A stretch of 64,000 bases of DNA from a virus: IMG/VR virus record IMGVR_UViG_3300032236_000718, positions 64,001-128,000 of that record. One strand, given 5' to 3'. Position 1 is the first letter of the stretch; every line of letters begins with the position of its first letter. The translations under genes were made by a program, and so were the position numbers. Below are positions 1 to 8,676 of the stretch, piece by piece. The notes under the pieces were generated by a model. The model had not been told where the DNA came from and searched no databases. It saw nothing but the letters and a program-made list of their open reading frames with translations.

Positions 1-1622
1 TCACCACTAAAGTCTGGTAAAAAGCTTCTAATGTCTTCTAGTAGACGCTGACCAGAAGTTTTATTTAAACGTTCTTTTAGTTGTGCAGCTCTCTCTTTGT
101 TTATCTTATCATCTAGCGCGTTATTGTATATAAAGTCACGCATGTCGTTATAGTAGACATTTGTTTGACCTTTACTTGCTGCGCTAGCTCGTCTAAGCTT
201 CTTAGCCTCGTCTGACTTTTCCCATTCCTCGACGGCCTTATAACCTTTATTTGCTTTATCAAATGATTGTCTAGCCAGAGTCTTAAACTCTTCAAACTCT
301 TTTAAGAAATATTCCTTGAATATCTCTATCTTTGTATCATAGTCGGGATCTGTTAAAGGATCTGTTCCTCCGAACATATCCATATAGATCTCTCTAGCAG
401 CTTCTCCAGCATCGATCGCTAGTGAGGCAAGTGTTCCTATGTAAGGCAACACTGCTGCACCTCCACTAATAACGTTAGCAAAAAATCCAGTAAAATCCCA
501 TTTATTAAGTCGCTCTAGACCAAAAGCTACTCCAAATAATGCACCAATTCCAATAGGCATAGCAAGACTGGCTGCTTTAGCAACTTGTTTTTTAACTAAA
601 ATAGTTAAAAGTGTCTTATCTAGTTTGGCCATGACTTCTTGTCTGGATTTTGCCTGTAATACTCTCTCTACAGTTTGTCTAGATAAGAATGCACCTTTTT
701 TAGTGCTAGTCACACCAATATCTTTTAGTGCAGCTTCTTGCTCAGCAGTAATTCCACCCTTAACAACCCAACCACCACCAGTAGTATGCTCGATTGCACC
801 AGATGCTATAAGCTCGGATGTAACTACTGGCTTACCTATAATCTTCTCTGCATCAGCTAGTGTCTGCTTAGCTCCATTTAACTTACGAGAAAGTCTTAGC
901 GCCTCTGCCTTTGAAGCAGTCTCTTCTGCTACAGTGTCGAGTGCTCTCTGCTCTGATCTTGCTATGCGGGCTTCTCTTTTTGCTTCCTCAGCGCGTGCTC
1001 TCTCCTCGACAGCTTTAGTGATTCTAGTCTGAGCTTGTCTCTCTTCTTTTGCAGCTTGTCGAGATTCTTTGCCTGCAGCTTCTGCTTCAGCTCTTGACTT
1101 TTGTGCATCAGCGATCGCCTTCTCTGCATCAATCTCTGCCTTAGCTGCTTTAGCCTCTGCCTTTGAAGCATCACGCTCTGCCTTGAGAGCCTTTGACTCG
1201 GCTTCACTCTTGATAGATTTAGCCTCTGCCTCTATTCTTCTCTCTGTCTCTTTTAAAATCTTCTTAGCAGCATTCTCTTCTGCTCTCTGCTCTGCCATCT
1301 TAGCTAATTTATCACGTAACTTCTTCCCAAGCAAGTTTAGTAATGAGTCATCTCCACCTGCTTCCTCTCTTACACCATTTTGAAGTATGTTAACAGCCAT
1401 AGACTGCTTACTAACTATAACACGAAGAGTCTCATTCATGATTCTAAATGCAGCACCGTATTCTTGAGCACGGTTGTCCGCTCTAGCTATAGTTCTTCTG
1501 CTTTCTTGGAATGCTTGGTTATACTTCTCATTAACAGTATTCAGAGCTGCATCTAGTGAGCTTAGTGCGGTGCTCACGTCACTTAATGACTCATTCTCTG
1601 ACTGTGTTTTTAAATTATCCAT
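1..1622 (-). CDS. Partial (3' end outside window) tape-measure-like / baseplate-hub (gp29-like) protein
   Basis: Not in the ORF track because it runs off the edge. ATG at 1622 overlaps the upstream stop (TAATG). Manual translation: MDNLKTQSENESLSDVSTALSSLDAALN..., a long Ala/Glu/Lys/Arg coiled coil (AEAKAAKAEIDAEKAIADAQKSRAEAE), then hydrophobic segments (SLAMPIGIGALFGVAFG, GGAAVLPYIGTLASLAIDAG). Lies downstream of gp26/gp51. Confidence 0.7.
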   Translation of the reverse strand, partial: MDNLKTQSENESLSDVSTALSSLDAALNTVNEKYNQAFQESRRTIARADNRAQEYGAAFRIMNETLRVIVSKQSMAVNILQNGVREEAGGDDSLLNLLGKKLRDKLAKMAEQRAEENAAKKILKETERRIEAEAKSIKSEAESKALKAERDASKAEAKAAKAEIDAEKAIADAQKSRAEAEAAGKESRQAAKEERQAQTRITKAVEERARAEEAKREARIARSEQRALDTVAEETASKAEALRLSRKLNGAKQTLADAEKIIGKPVVTSELIASGAIEHTTGGGWVVKGGITAEQEAALKDIGVTSTKKGAFLSRQTVERVLQAKSRQEVMAKLDKTLLTILVKKQVAKAASLAMPIGIGALFGVAFGLERLNKWDFTGFFANVISGGAAVLPYIGTLASLAIDAGEAAREIYMDMFGGTDPLTDPDYDTKIEIFKEYFLKEFEEFKTLARQSFDKANKGYKAVEEWEKSDEAKKLRRASAASKGQTNVYYNDMRDFIYNNALDDKINKERAAQLKERLNKTSGQRLLEDIRSFLPDFSG

Positions 1623-3616
1623 TATCTTACTTCATCATGATTAGAATATGAGAGATTTATTGCAGGTCCAAATAATTCTTTGTATAATATGTGGGCATCG
1701 TCGGGCTCAACATTTCCTGCTATGTTAGGATTCTTTAACTTTGCAGGAATAGCTGCCTGATAGTTTGGATCTGGAGGAGAAGAAGTAGCAGATACTATAG
1801 TAGGAACAGGAGCAGAACTAGGAGCGCTGACACTCATACTTGATGAAGACACTGTCGACAGAGTAGATCCTTTTGTCGGGGCACTCATGACAAAACTACC
1901 AGAAGAGGTAGATGGAGCTTCTGCAGGAGGTGACATACTAGATCCCGATGGGATAAACATGTCCCCAGATCCACCCTCTCTAGGCATAGCAGAGAAGTGC
2001 ATAGGATCTTTATTGCTATTCCATAACATTCCCCAACCAAGGCCAAAAGATCGTGCTACCATTCCTATTGTACTAGGAAGTGTAGTCTTTGTAGATCCGT
2101 TTGGATTCTCTGATGGATTAATATCGAGAGCTGCCCCGTACGCGTGGGCACTTACTTTAGTACCATCATTTACATTCATTCTGGCTTCGTAGCCACCTAG
2201 TGCCTTGATATAACCAGGGTTATATTGATCTAGATAGTCTACAAGTCCTTGGAATCTGTCTTTGTACTGAGCTGCTACCTTTGCAGATGCTCCAGTCTTT
2301 GACTTTACAGTCGCTAATTCTGGCGGAGGGGGCATAAAGTTGCCTAGTCCACCGCCTCCATTGTTACCACCAGTACTAGAACCGGGTAGTGTTTTATTAC
2401 CGCCATAACCTTGATTATCACTCTCAGTTACGCCAGTCTGCTTAAACAGCATTCCATCAGCATTAAAAGTTATTCTATCCGCGTTGATATCGACATTTTT
2501 ATCACCGGCAGTATCTTCACGCTTACCGAGTTTTTTAAGTTCTGGATTTATAACATTAGCATCATTATCACTTTTAATCTGGAACTTAGGAGTTAGTTCT
2601 CCCTCTTGAGCTACATAGTCGGCTGACCTTACTGCAAAGTCCTTCACACCATACTTTTGTGCTACACTAGTCTTATAAGTGTTTAGATTCTCTCCAAGAT
2701 CACCGGCTTTTGCCTGCTGCTCGGATGTCATATTGTTATATGCACTTATCATATTAGCAGAGCCAGCCTCGAACTCACGAGTGGCTGCCATAGTTCTCTC
2801 AGATAAATTACTTCCTGTGTCTGATACTGTTTGTATAGATGGATTTACCTTAGTAGCATCAGCAGTCTGTATAGGTAAAACAATTTCAGGAGTTATCGAG
2901 TCATTCGCACTAATATTTTCTTCTGGAGCAGGAGGAGCTGGTGTTAAATTCTCTGATACTGGAATCGGCTTCTCTTTAGTGTCTCCTGATAACCACTTTA
3001 GTGCATATGGAATTGCCTCGGCTGCACCTACACCTAGTATTCCACCAAGTAGACCTCCGACTAAACTCTTACCTAATCCTCCACCCTGACTACCTACACC
3101 TCCCTTTGAGATGATTTGCCCGAGAAGACCAAGCATCTTGGTCATCTCTAGGTTTAGCTGCATTAGTAAATTATTAGTCTCGTTTAGCTGCTCAGACACA
3201 TACTGCATGTTTGTGTCTAAGTTTTGGCTAGTCTTTCTATTCTCGTCTTCTTCGTCCTTTAATTCCTGTAAAAATACAGATAGTTTTGGAAACATCGCGG
3301 CAAAAAGATTACGACCAAACTTTCTAGCAGCTCTACCGAATATACCTCTTTTCTTTGGCGTTTTTGGCTCATCGCCTCCAGAAGTATCAGATACTTTCTC
3401 GGCGTCTACTGCATCTTCAACTTCAGGTGGCTTCGGAAGCTTCTTATTAGCCTTAGTCTCTTGAGCCTCGGCTTGTTGCATAGACAGTTGCTCCCTGATA
3501 GTATCGGCCATCTTGCCGCCTATCTTGGTATTCAACTCGTCTATTACGTCACCTTCTTCATTTAAGGTGTATTTACGTCCTAGCCAGTTAACAACATTTT
3601 GATTTTTACTGGCCAT
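1622..3616 (-). CDS. Tail-associated protein with Zn peptidase M15 (L-Ala-D-Glu / D-Ala-D-Ala carboxypeptidase-like) domain; putative virion-associated peptidoglycan hydrolase
   Basis: SAHAYGAALDINP (SxHxxGxAxD) plus WGMLW..KDPMHF near 1985-2155. N-terminal half has coiled coil and a Gly-rich hydrophobic helix; C-tail is Ser/Pro-rich. Confidence 0.75.
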   Translation of the reverse strand: MASKNQNVVNWLGRKYTLNEEGDVIDELNTKIGGKMADTIREQLSMQQAEAQETKANKKLPKPPEVEDAVDAEKVSDTSGGDEPKTPKKRGIFGRAARKFGRNLFAAMFPKLSVFLQELKDEEDENRKTSQNLDTNMQYVSEQLNETNNLLMQLNLEMTKMLGLLGQIISKGGVGSQGGGLGKSLVGGLLGGILGVGAAEAIPYALKWLSGDTKEKPIPVSENLTPAPPAPEENISANDSITPEIVLPIQTADATKVNPSIQTVSDTGSNLSERTMAATREFEAGSANMISAYNNMTSEQQAKAGDLGENLNTYKTSVAQKYGVKDFAVRSADYVAQEGELTPKFQIKSDNDANVINPELKKLGKREDTAGDKNVDINADRITFNADGMLFKQTGVTESDNQGYGGNKTLPGSSTGGNNGGGGLGNFMPPPPELATVKSKTGASAKVAAQYKDRFQGLVDYLDQYNPGYIKALGGYEARMNVNDGTKVSAHAYGAALDINPSENPNGSTKTTLPSTIGMVARSFGLGWGMLWNSNKDPMHFSAMPREGGSGDMFIPSGSSMSPPAEAPSTSSGSFVMSAPTKGSTLSTVSSSSMSVSAPSSAPVPTIVSATSSPPDPNYQAAIPAKLKNPNIAGNVEPDDAHILYKELFGPAINLSYSNHDEVR

Positions 3617-4112
3617 TTATCTTAGCTAACTTTTCCTGTCCACGCATGAAGCTTGTGACACCAAGAATTGCGCCGAACGCCAAGTGTATTAAACCACCGT
3701 TAGATAAGGTTAAGCTCTGCCATGGAGTATAGGTAAATTGTACACCTAGTCCCTTAAATATTACTGGCAAGAACATGGTGATTAATGGGAATCCTATAAA
3801 GTCCATAAAGCATATTCCCATATAGAGCCATCCCATTGCTGGACGCCAGTATGCTTTTACCCAATGCTCTTCTTCTTTCTCTAGTTGCTGCTCGACAATC
3901 TCTTTGTCGATAGATGTCTGTGCTAGACCCACTGACGCTTGCGCCTGTGCAGTAGCTTGAACAGAAGCCATCTGGACTGTCTGCTGAGCCATATTAGAAG
4001 AATTCTGGTTATTATTGTTATTCACATCAATTACTGTAACTGCTGGAGCAGGTGCGGGTGCAACTGGTGCAGGATCAGTATTTTGATCATCTGGTTTTGC
4101 AAATTTAGCCAT
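3606..4112 (-). CDS. Membrane protein, 3-TM holin-like (GTA holin family-like)
   Basis: WRPAMGWLYMGIC motif, hydrophobic helices, HLAFGAILGVTSFMRGQEK C-terminus. Confidence 0.6.
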   Translation of the reverse strand: MAKFAKPDDQNTDPAPVAPAPAPAVTVIDVNNNNNQNSSNMAQQTVQMASVQATAQAQASVGLAQTSIDKEIVEQQLEKEEEHWVKAYWRPAMGWLYMGICFMDFIGFPLITMFLPVIFKGLGVQFTYTPWQSLTLSNGGLIHLAFGAILGVTSFMRGQEKLAKINGQ

Positions 4113-4296
4113 TCGCGTGTTTCCTCTGTTCTTCGACCTCTTTCAGGTGTCGCATTATCATCTCTACGTAGAGGTCACGCTCAAATGGTATAAGATTCTC
4201 TACTTCAGTCATTGTGTATTTATGGTGCTGAGCCAACGAGAATACAGTGGTATAGTAGTTCTCTAAGTTGTTGTGGTTCAGCGCAGCGTAAAAAAA
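4105..4296 (-). CDS. gp51: gp51-like baseplate hub assembly protein, probably expressed as a -1 frameshift extension of gp26
   Basis: Manual translation: FFYAALNHNNLENYYTTVFSLAQHHKYTMTEVENLIPFERDLYVEMIMRHLKEVEEQRKHANG*, matching the T4-like gp51 pattern (LENYY...QHHKYS..E.E...P.ERD.Y). The frame opens exactly at the T7 run and has no ATG ahead of the conserved N-terminal part. Confidence 0.8.
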   Translation of the reverse strand, partial: FFYAALNHNNLENYYTTVFSLAQHHKYTMTEVENLIPFERDLYVEMIMRHLKEVEEQRKHANG

Positions 4297-4994
4297 TCAG
4301 ATAACGTTGTCAGTTCAATCTCTCGGTCATTTCCAAGGGAGTTCTTATATTTAATTACGTATGATAATTTTGGCTGATTTGCCATAAATTCTCTGACCTG
4401 CTCAAAGGTCTTGATGTCAAGATCCTCTAGATAATCTGCAATTTCTTGTAGAGTATATTGTGAGCAGTCATAGATCTCGTCACCGTCATAGATCTTGTCG
4501 ACACATCTAACAATTAATTGGAAGAATGCCTCATTTCCTGAATTTAGGAATTCCTTGTCATCATATAGAGTGACCTTAGGATACTTTAATTGTATACCGG
4601 CAGTCTTAGTGATTTTAATGACATTCTTAACATTCTCTGGAAATATCACCTCGACCTTCTTTAGGTCTATATCAAAGTCATAAATCTTATCGTCTTCTTT
4701 ATCCTTATAGGATACGCTTACAGTATCATTGACTGAGTTTGCTCTAATCTGAATAAAAAGATACTCCAAGTCAAACAGTGATAGAGAGTTTACGTCAAAC
4801 TCGTCCATGCAGCAGTTATTAACGATTTGCTTTATTGCTTGTAAGATATCACCCTCGTCTTCACTATCCTTGGCCATAAGGAGTAGCTTCTCTTCTTTAA
4901 CAAGGAATGGTCTAAACGTCAATTTCTGCTTTGAGCTTGGTACAACAAGTTGAAATTGGGGGTGCATAGTCTTAGGTAACATAGTATACTCCAA
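4278..4994 (-). CDS. gp26: Baseplate hub subunit / assembly chaperone gp26
   Basis: LPK...PSS.....FRPFLVKEEKLLLMA, FDLEYLFIQIRANSV, C-terminal SDFF. Confidence 0.9.
   Translation of the reverse strand: MEYTMLPKTMHPQFQLVVPSSKQKLTFRPFLVKEEKLLLMAKDSEDEGDILQAIKQIVNNCCMDEFDVNSLSLFDLEYLFIQIRANSVNDTVSVSYKDKEDDKIYDFDIDLKKVEVIFPENVKNVIKITKTAGIQLKYPKVTLYDDKEFLNSGNEAFFQLIVRCVDKIYDGDEIYDCSQYTLQEIADYLEDLDIKTFEQVREFMANQPKLSYVIKYKNSLGNDREIELTTLSDFFTLR
4290..4296 (-). other. Putative -1 ribosomal slippery site T TTT TTT
   Basis: gp26 ends GAT TTT TTT ACG CTG CGC TGA; the -1 frame reads TGA TTT TTT TAC GCT GCG CTG AAC... Confidence 0.65.
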
Positions 4995-5008
4995 TATCTA
5001 AAATTCAG

Positions 5009-5728
5009 TTATCTTAATATCCAATTCTGTATAGCATCGCCGACAACATATGCGGCACTAGTAGGATTCTGAGCTACTCTCAGTAGAGTATCTAGTGTTA
5101 TCATACCACCTCCACCGGTGATATTAGCAGAATCAACTTTCCAATTCTTAAATGTAAACCCAACTGTAATTTTCATTAGTGAGTTTTGATTGCCCCAATC
5201 GAGACTTATATCATTCAGCGCATTAGGATAAGCATCATATAGTGTGACTTGTTTTGATAGAAAACCCTCTTGGTCAAAGACAAAAATATCTATGTCTGTC
5301 ACATAATTATCTTTATACTCTGCAGTGAAAACTGGATTTCTGAGATTTGTAGTAGTTCCTGCAAAGTCTATGATAGATGTCATCCATATATACATGTAGC
5401 GATATATAGAACTATTCTTATCAGCTATAAATGTTATGCTAGTGTCATTAAACTGTGCATTGTGAGGCATTTTCTCATTTACGCCAAGACCATATCTTCT
5501 CACATCATTTGTTTGTAAAACTAGACCTGGTATTCTTACCTGCTCTGCTCTAAACTGCATGAGTCTGCTTAAGCCAGTAGTGTCGATACCATCGCCGTTA
5601 AGTTCTGCTGTGTTTTGTAGAGTTCCCATCAGTACTCCAGAAGGTGGCATCATAACATAGAACTTACTATTAGGAAGTACTCCGTAGGCTCCTATATTAG
5701 AGCTAAAAGATGATATGTTAAATGCCAT
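5009..5728 (-). CDS. gp54: Baseplate tail-tube initiator (gp54-like, tail-tube fold)
   Basis: Tube-like motifs (IPG, LYDAYP..L.DISLDW, ITVGFTFKNW); position between gp2 and gp26. Confidence 0.65.
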   Translation of the reverse strand: MAFNISSFSSNIGAYGVLPNSKFYVMMPPSGVLMGTLQNTAELNGDGIDTTGLSRLMQFRAEQVRIPGLVLQTNDVRRYGLGVNEKMPHNAQFNDTSITFIADKNSSIYRYMYIWMTSIIDFAGTTTNLRNPVFTAEYKDNYVTDIDIFVFDQEGFLSKQVTLYDAYPNALNDISLDWGNQNSLMKITVGFTFKNWKVDSANITGGGGMITLDTLLRVAQNPTSAAYVVGDAIQNWILR

Positions 5729-6333
5729 TATCTTACCTTACTGAGTGAATCTTTATAAACTGTAGCTGCAGTAGCTTTTTTAAATCTCTGCAGTGGTAAC
5801 ATCAATGCAGTATCCCAATTCTTAGGCTGCACATAAAGGTATTTATTGCCTTGTACTTGATCCCACAAATAGTGCTTCAGACATGGGGCAAAATGCTTAA
5901 ACTTAGATGAACTCTGTAAAATCTCATAGGATATTCTTAACTTTGTAGTATCATCATACTTCTTGTTGTTTGCAGTCTGGTATAATGCATCCATTAACTT
6001 AGCCCTTAGCATTGGGGGAAGATAGTGAAGATTAATTCCAAGGAATCCATCGGACTTAAATCCAATTGGGAACACTAATGGAAATGTATCATAGAATGGA
6101 AGACTATCTTTATGCTTAGGATCATAGAAGAACATATACATTTTACCGATAGACTTAATGTCAATCTTATCAACTACATTTTCTTTATCAGTAAAAGCTC
6201 TATTTGGATTTACATTCTGTGAAGAAAGTTTACTAGCAGAGTCCCTATACCAGTCACGAGCATCTTGTGTCTGGTTTGGTGTTATACCAGCATCAGATCC
6301 TGTAGTTGCAATTTGTGTAAAATAACTTGACAT
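5728..6333 (-). CDS. gp2: DNA end protector protein gp2
   Basis: GKMYMFFYDPKHKDSLPFYDTFPLV, GFLGINLHYLPP, CLKHYL. Confidence 0.93.
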   Translation of the reverse strand: MSSYFTQIATTGSDAGITPNQTQDARDWYRDSASKLSSQNVNPNRAFTDKENVVDKIDIKSIGKMYMFFYDPKHKDSLPFYDTFPLVFPIGFKSDGFLGINLHYLPPMLRAKLMDALYQTANNKKYDDTTKLRISYEILQSSSKFKHFAPCLKHYLWDQVQGNKYLYVQPKNWDTALMLPLQRFKKATAATVYKDSLSKVR

Positions 6334-6776
6334 TAGAAGTTTATGTTCAACTCTCTTTCAGTGAATATATGGAAGCTCCAGTTTCTGTCTTCACAGAATG
6401 CCTTTGCAGCCTCCCACTTAGCATTATTTATTCCCCAAGTATAGACCTCATTTATGTACCTCTTAGTAGCTTTCTTTTGCACTACTGGCGGAACGGTCTG
6501 GGATGATGGCTTGACTTCAATGACTGCAACCTCAATCTTACCATCAGCATTCTTCTTCTTAACATAAAAGTCAGGAAAATATCTATGTATCCTCCCGTCC
6601 ACGGGAGACCTATAGGGTATACAAAATTCCTCAGATGACCATTGAATGATGTCTTTATGACTATCTAAGTACATCATTAGTTTAAGTTCCCAGCTGGATC
6701 TATAGATGATATTAGCTGGATCGCCCTTATACTTTTCTGGGTGTTTAGGCTTAAAGTATCCCTTGTGTGTCTTCAT
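6333..6776 (-). CDS. gp4: Head completion nuclease gp4 (TnsA-like PD-(D/E)xK fold)
   Basis: KYKGDP.NIIYRSSWE, WSSEE..IPY.SP.DG..HRYFPDF, IEVKP, N.AKWEAA. Start moved from 6815 to the ATG at 6776 (MKTHKG), downstream of the late promoter. Confidence 0.93.
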   Translation of the reverse strand: MKTHKGYFKPKHPEKYKGDPANIIYRSSWELKLMMYLDSHKDIIQWSSEEFCIPYRSPVDGRIHRYFPDFYVKKKNADGKIEVAVIEVKPSSQTVPPVVQKKATKRYINEVYTWGINNAKWEAAKAFCEDRNWSFHIFTERELNINF

Positions 6777-6794
6777 AAGATTGACCAATTTGCC

Positions 6795-6802
6795 TATAAA
6801 TA
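6795..6802 (+). promoter_or_regulatory. T4-type late promoter TATAAATA for the rightward baseplate operon
   Basis: Perfect consensus about 35 nt upstream of the gp48 start. Confidence 0.85.
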
Positions 6803-6815
6803 AACTATCAAACAC

Positions 6816-6823
6816 TATTTATA
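6816..6823 (-). promoter_or_regulatory. T4-type late promoter TATAAATA for the leftward gp4-gp2-gp54-gp26 operon
   Basis: TATTTATA on the + strand, 40 nt upstream of the gp4 ATG at 6776. Confidence 0.85.
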
Positions 6824-6835
6824 AGGTAACCTTAA

Positions 6836-7801
6836 ATGGATCCAGGTTCTATCCAACAATTTGCTCAAAGCCTTTTAAGGAATTCTAATGATCCTAATGT
6901 TGTCGCCAATCAAGTAGCTGGCGCCGGTACAAATACTACATTTCCACATGATTTAGTAAATCCAGGGACAGGTAGAAACTATTATATAGACATTCAGTTT
7001 CAAGAATATCAGAGAAGATCTATCTATGATAGGGCTAAATTAGTAGCCACTAGTGGAATACAGCTACCAATTCCTAATAATCTTAGAGATCAAACTGGCG
7101 CAAATTGGCAGACGGTTGATAGTACAAATCCAGCTACTGGAGCTGCAATTGAATCTTTCTTAAATTCAAATAAGAATGCGCAGTATTCTTCTGGTGATAT
7201 TCAGGGTAGTTTATTACAAGCCGGCTCAACAATTGCAAAAACTGTAAACGGTGCAGCGGCTGGGCTAGCATCTTCTGCTTTAGCAAAGGGGGCTAATTTT
7301 ATAGGTCAAGATAAATCTACTGCAGGACAATTAGGTTCATTATTTGGAGTAGCTCAAAATCCATTTATGACTATGCTATATCAGAGTCCAGCATTTAAGT
7401 CACATACATTTGAGTGGACACTTGCTCCAAGAAATAAGTCTGAGACTGAGACACTGAATAATATTATTCAACAGTTTAAGTCAAATATGTTACCAGATAT
7501 AGTACCTAATTTAGGTGGAACACTTCTTACATATCCTAATATGGCTAAAATCACGATATATCCAAGTGGTTATCTATATGACTTCAAGTACTGTGTTGTA
7601 AAGGATCTATCGATAAACTTTGCCCCAAGTGGACCTTCGTTCTTTAATGATTCTGGAGCTCCTACTCAGGTGATACTCAGTGTTAATCTACAAGAGATCG
7701 AGTGGTTCTCAAGAAGTGATATTACAGGAGTAGGTACTTCACCAGTTGGAGGAATTCCTGTAAATCAAGCACAAGACATTAGACCTGGTGGACACGTATA
7801 A
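6836..7801 (+). CDS. gp48: Baseplate tail-tube cap gp48
   Basis: LPIP, NPFMTMLYQSPAFKSHTFEWTLAPRN..E...I...FK..MLP, P.QV.LS..LQEIE. Confidence 0.85.
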   Translation: MDPGSIQQFAQSLLRNSNDPNVVANQVAGAGTNTTFPHDLVNPGTGRNYYIDIQFQEYQRRSIYDRAKLVATSGIQLPIPNNLRDQTGANWQTVDSTNPATGAAIESFLNSNKNAQYSSGDIQGSLLQAGSTIAKTVNGAAAGLASSALAKGANFIGQDKSTAGQLGSLFGVAQNPFMTMLYQSPAFKSHTFEWTLAPRNKSETETLNNIIQQFKSNMLPDIVPNLGGTLLTYPNMAKITIYPSGYLYDFKYCVVKDLSINFAPSGPSFFNDSGAPTQVILSVNLQEIEWFSRSDITGVGTSPVGGIPVNQAQDIRPGGHV

Positions 7802-8676
7802 TGGCCGAGAAGTATTTCGCTAAATTTCCATTAATATCATATGCAAATAACGCCGCAGTTAACATTGTTGAGCGCGCTAAGATAACAGACAATGTTTTTA
7901 ATAATCCGTACGTATGGTACAAATATGACATAAGAAATTTTGAGAGACCTGACCAGATAGCCGACTTTTACTATAACGATGAGTTTATGGATTGGCTATT
8001 ATACCTCTCTAATCAAATAGTTGATCCCTACTATGAGTGGTATATGTCAGATGATGTATTTTTTGCTTACATAGTCAAGAAATACAATCTTGTTACTACA
8101 AATAATATAACACTACTACAAAACAAAGTACATAGCTATATTAATAACTGGTATAATGGTGAAAAGATTAGTATTTCTGACTATAATGCTCTTCCTACTA
8201 GCCAACATAGATATTGGCAGCCTACTTACACACAAAATGATGTAATAAATGGATATATTAGAAATAAAGTCGATTGGCAACTAAAAACTAACGCGATTGT
8301 TAGCTATGCTGTTAATACAGATGCTAAATTTATCGCAAATGAGATAGTTTTTATCAATTTTGACGCAAATAATGTCGGAAAAGCTCAAGTTTTACAGTCA
8401 AATTCATCATATGTGACAGTAAATCATGTTTCTGGACACATTTATAACACACCAAGCGGCTCAAGTTACATTTATGGTACAGAAAGTGCTGCAAATGTCG
8501 TATTTACATCAGTAGTCTCAATAGCAAATAATATTATCTCAGGTGAAGAGAGATATTGGGACGCACTTATGATATATGACATGGAAAGAGCAGCAAATGA
8601 GTCAAAAAAGAGCATTAAAGTACTCGATAGAACATATTCTATGCAAGTTTCTAAGACATTAACGAAGCTATTATGA
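7801..8676 (+). CDS. gp53: Baseplate wedge subunit gp53
   Basis: YFAKFP.I.Y, ERPDQIADFYY....DW.....N.IVDPYYEW, C-terminal E...NESKKSIKVL. Confidence 0.85.
   Translation: MAEKYFAKFPLISYANNAAVNIVERAKITDNVFNNPYVWYKYDIRNFERPDQIADFYYNDEFMDWLLYLSNQIVDPYYEWYMSDDVFFAYIVKKYNLVTTNNITLLQNKVHSYINNWYNGEKISISDYNALPTSQHRYWQPTYTQNDVINGYIRNKVDWQLKTNAIVSYAVNTDAKFIANEIVFINFDANNVGKAQVLQSNSSYVTVNHVSGHIYNTPSGSSYIYGTESAANVVFTSVVSIANNIISGEERYWDALMIYDMERAANESKKSIKVLDRTYSMQVSKTLTKLL

Noticed and set aside
113-3464. Short overlapping ORFs on the opposite strand or in alternative frames (e.g. 625-1032, 1069-1383, 2679-3089), and similar ones throughout the window
   Set aside because: Shadows of long real genes with biased codon usage; no recognisable motifs
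6333-6815. TnsA-like nuclease as a transposon or homing endonuclease; 160-aa start at 6815
   Set aside because: Motifs and position next to gp2 identify gp4; the longer start lies within the promoter region, so 6776 is preferred
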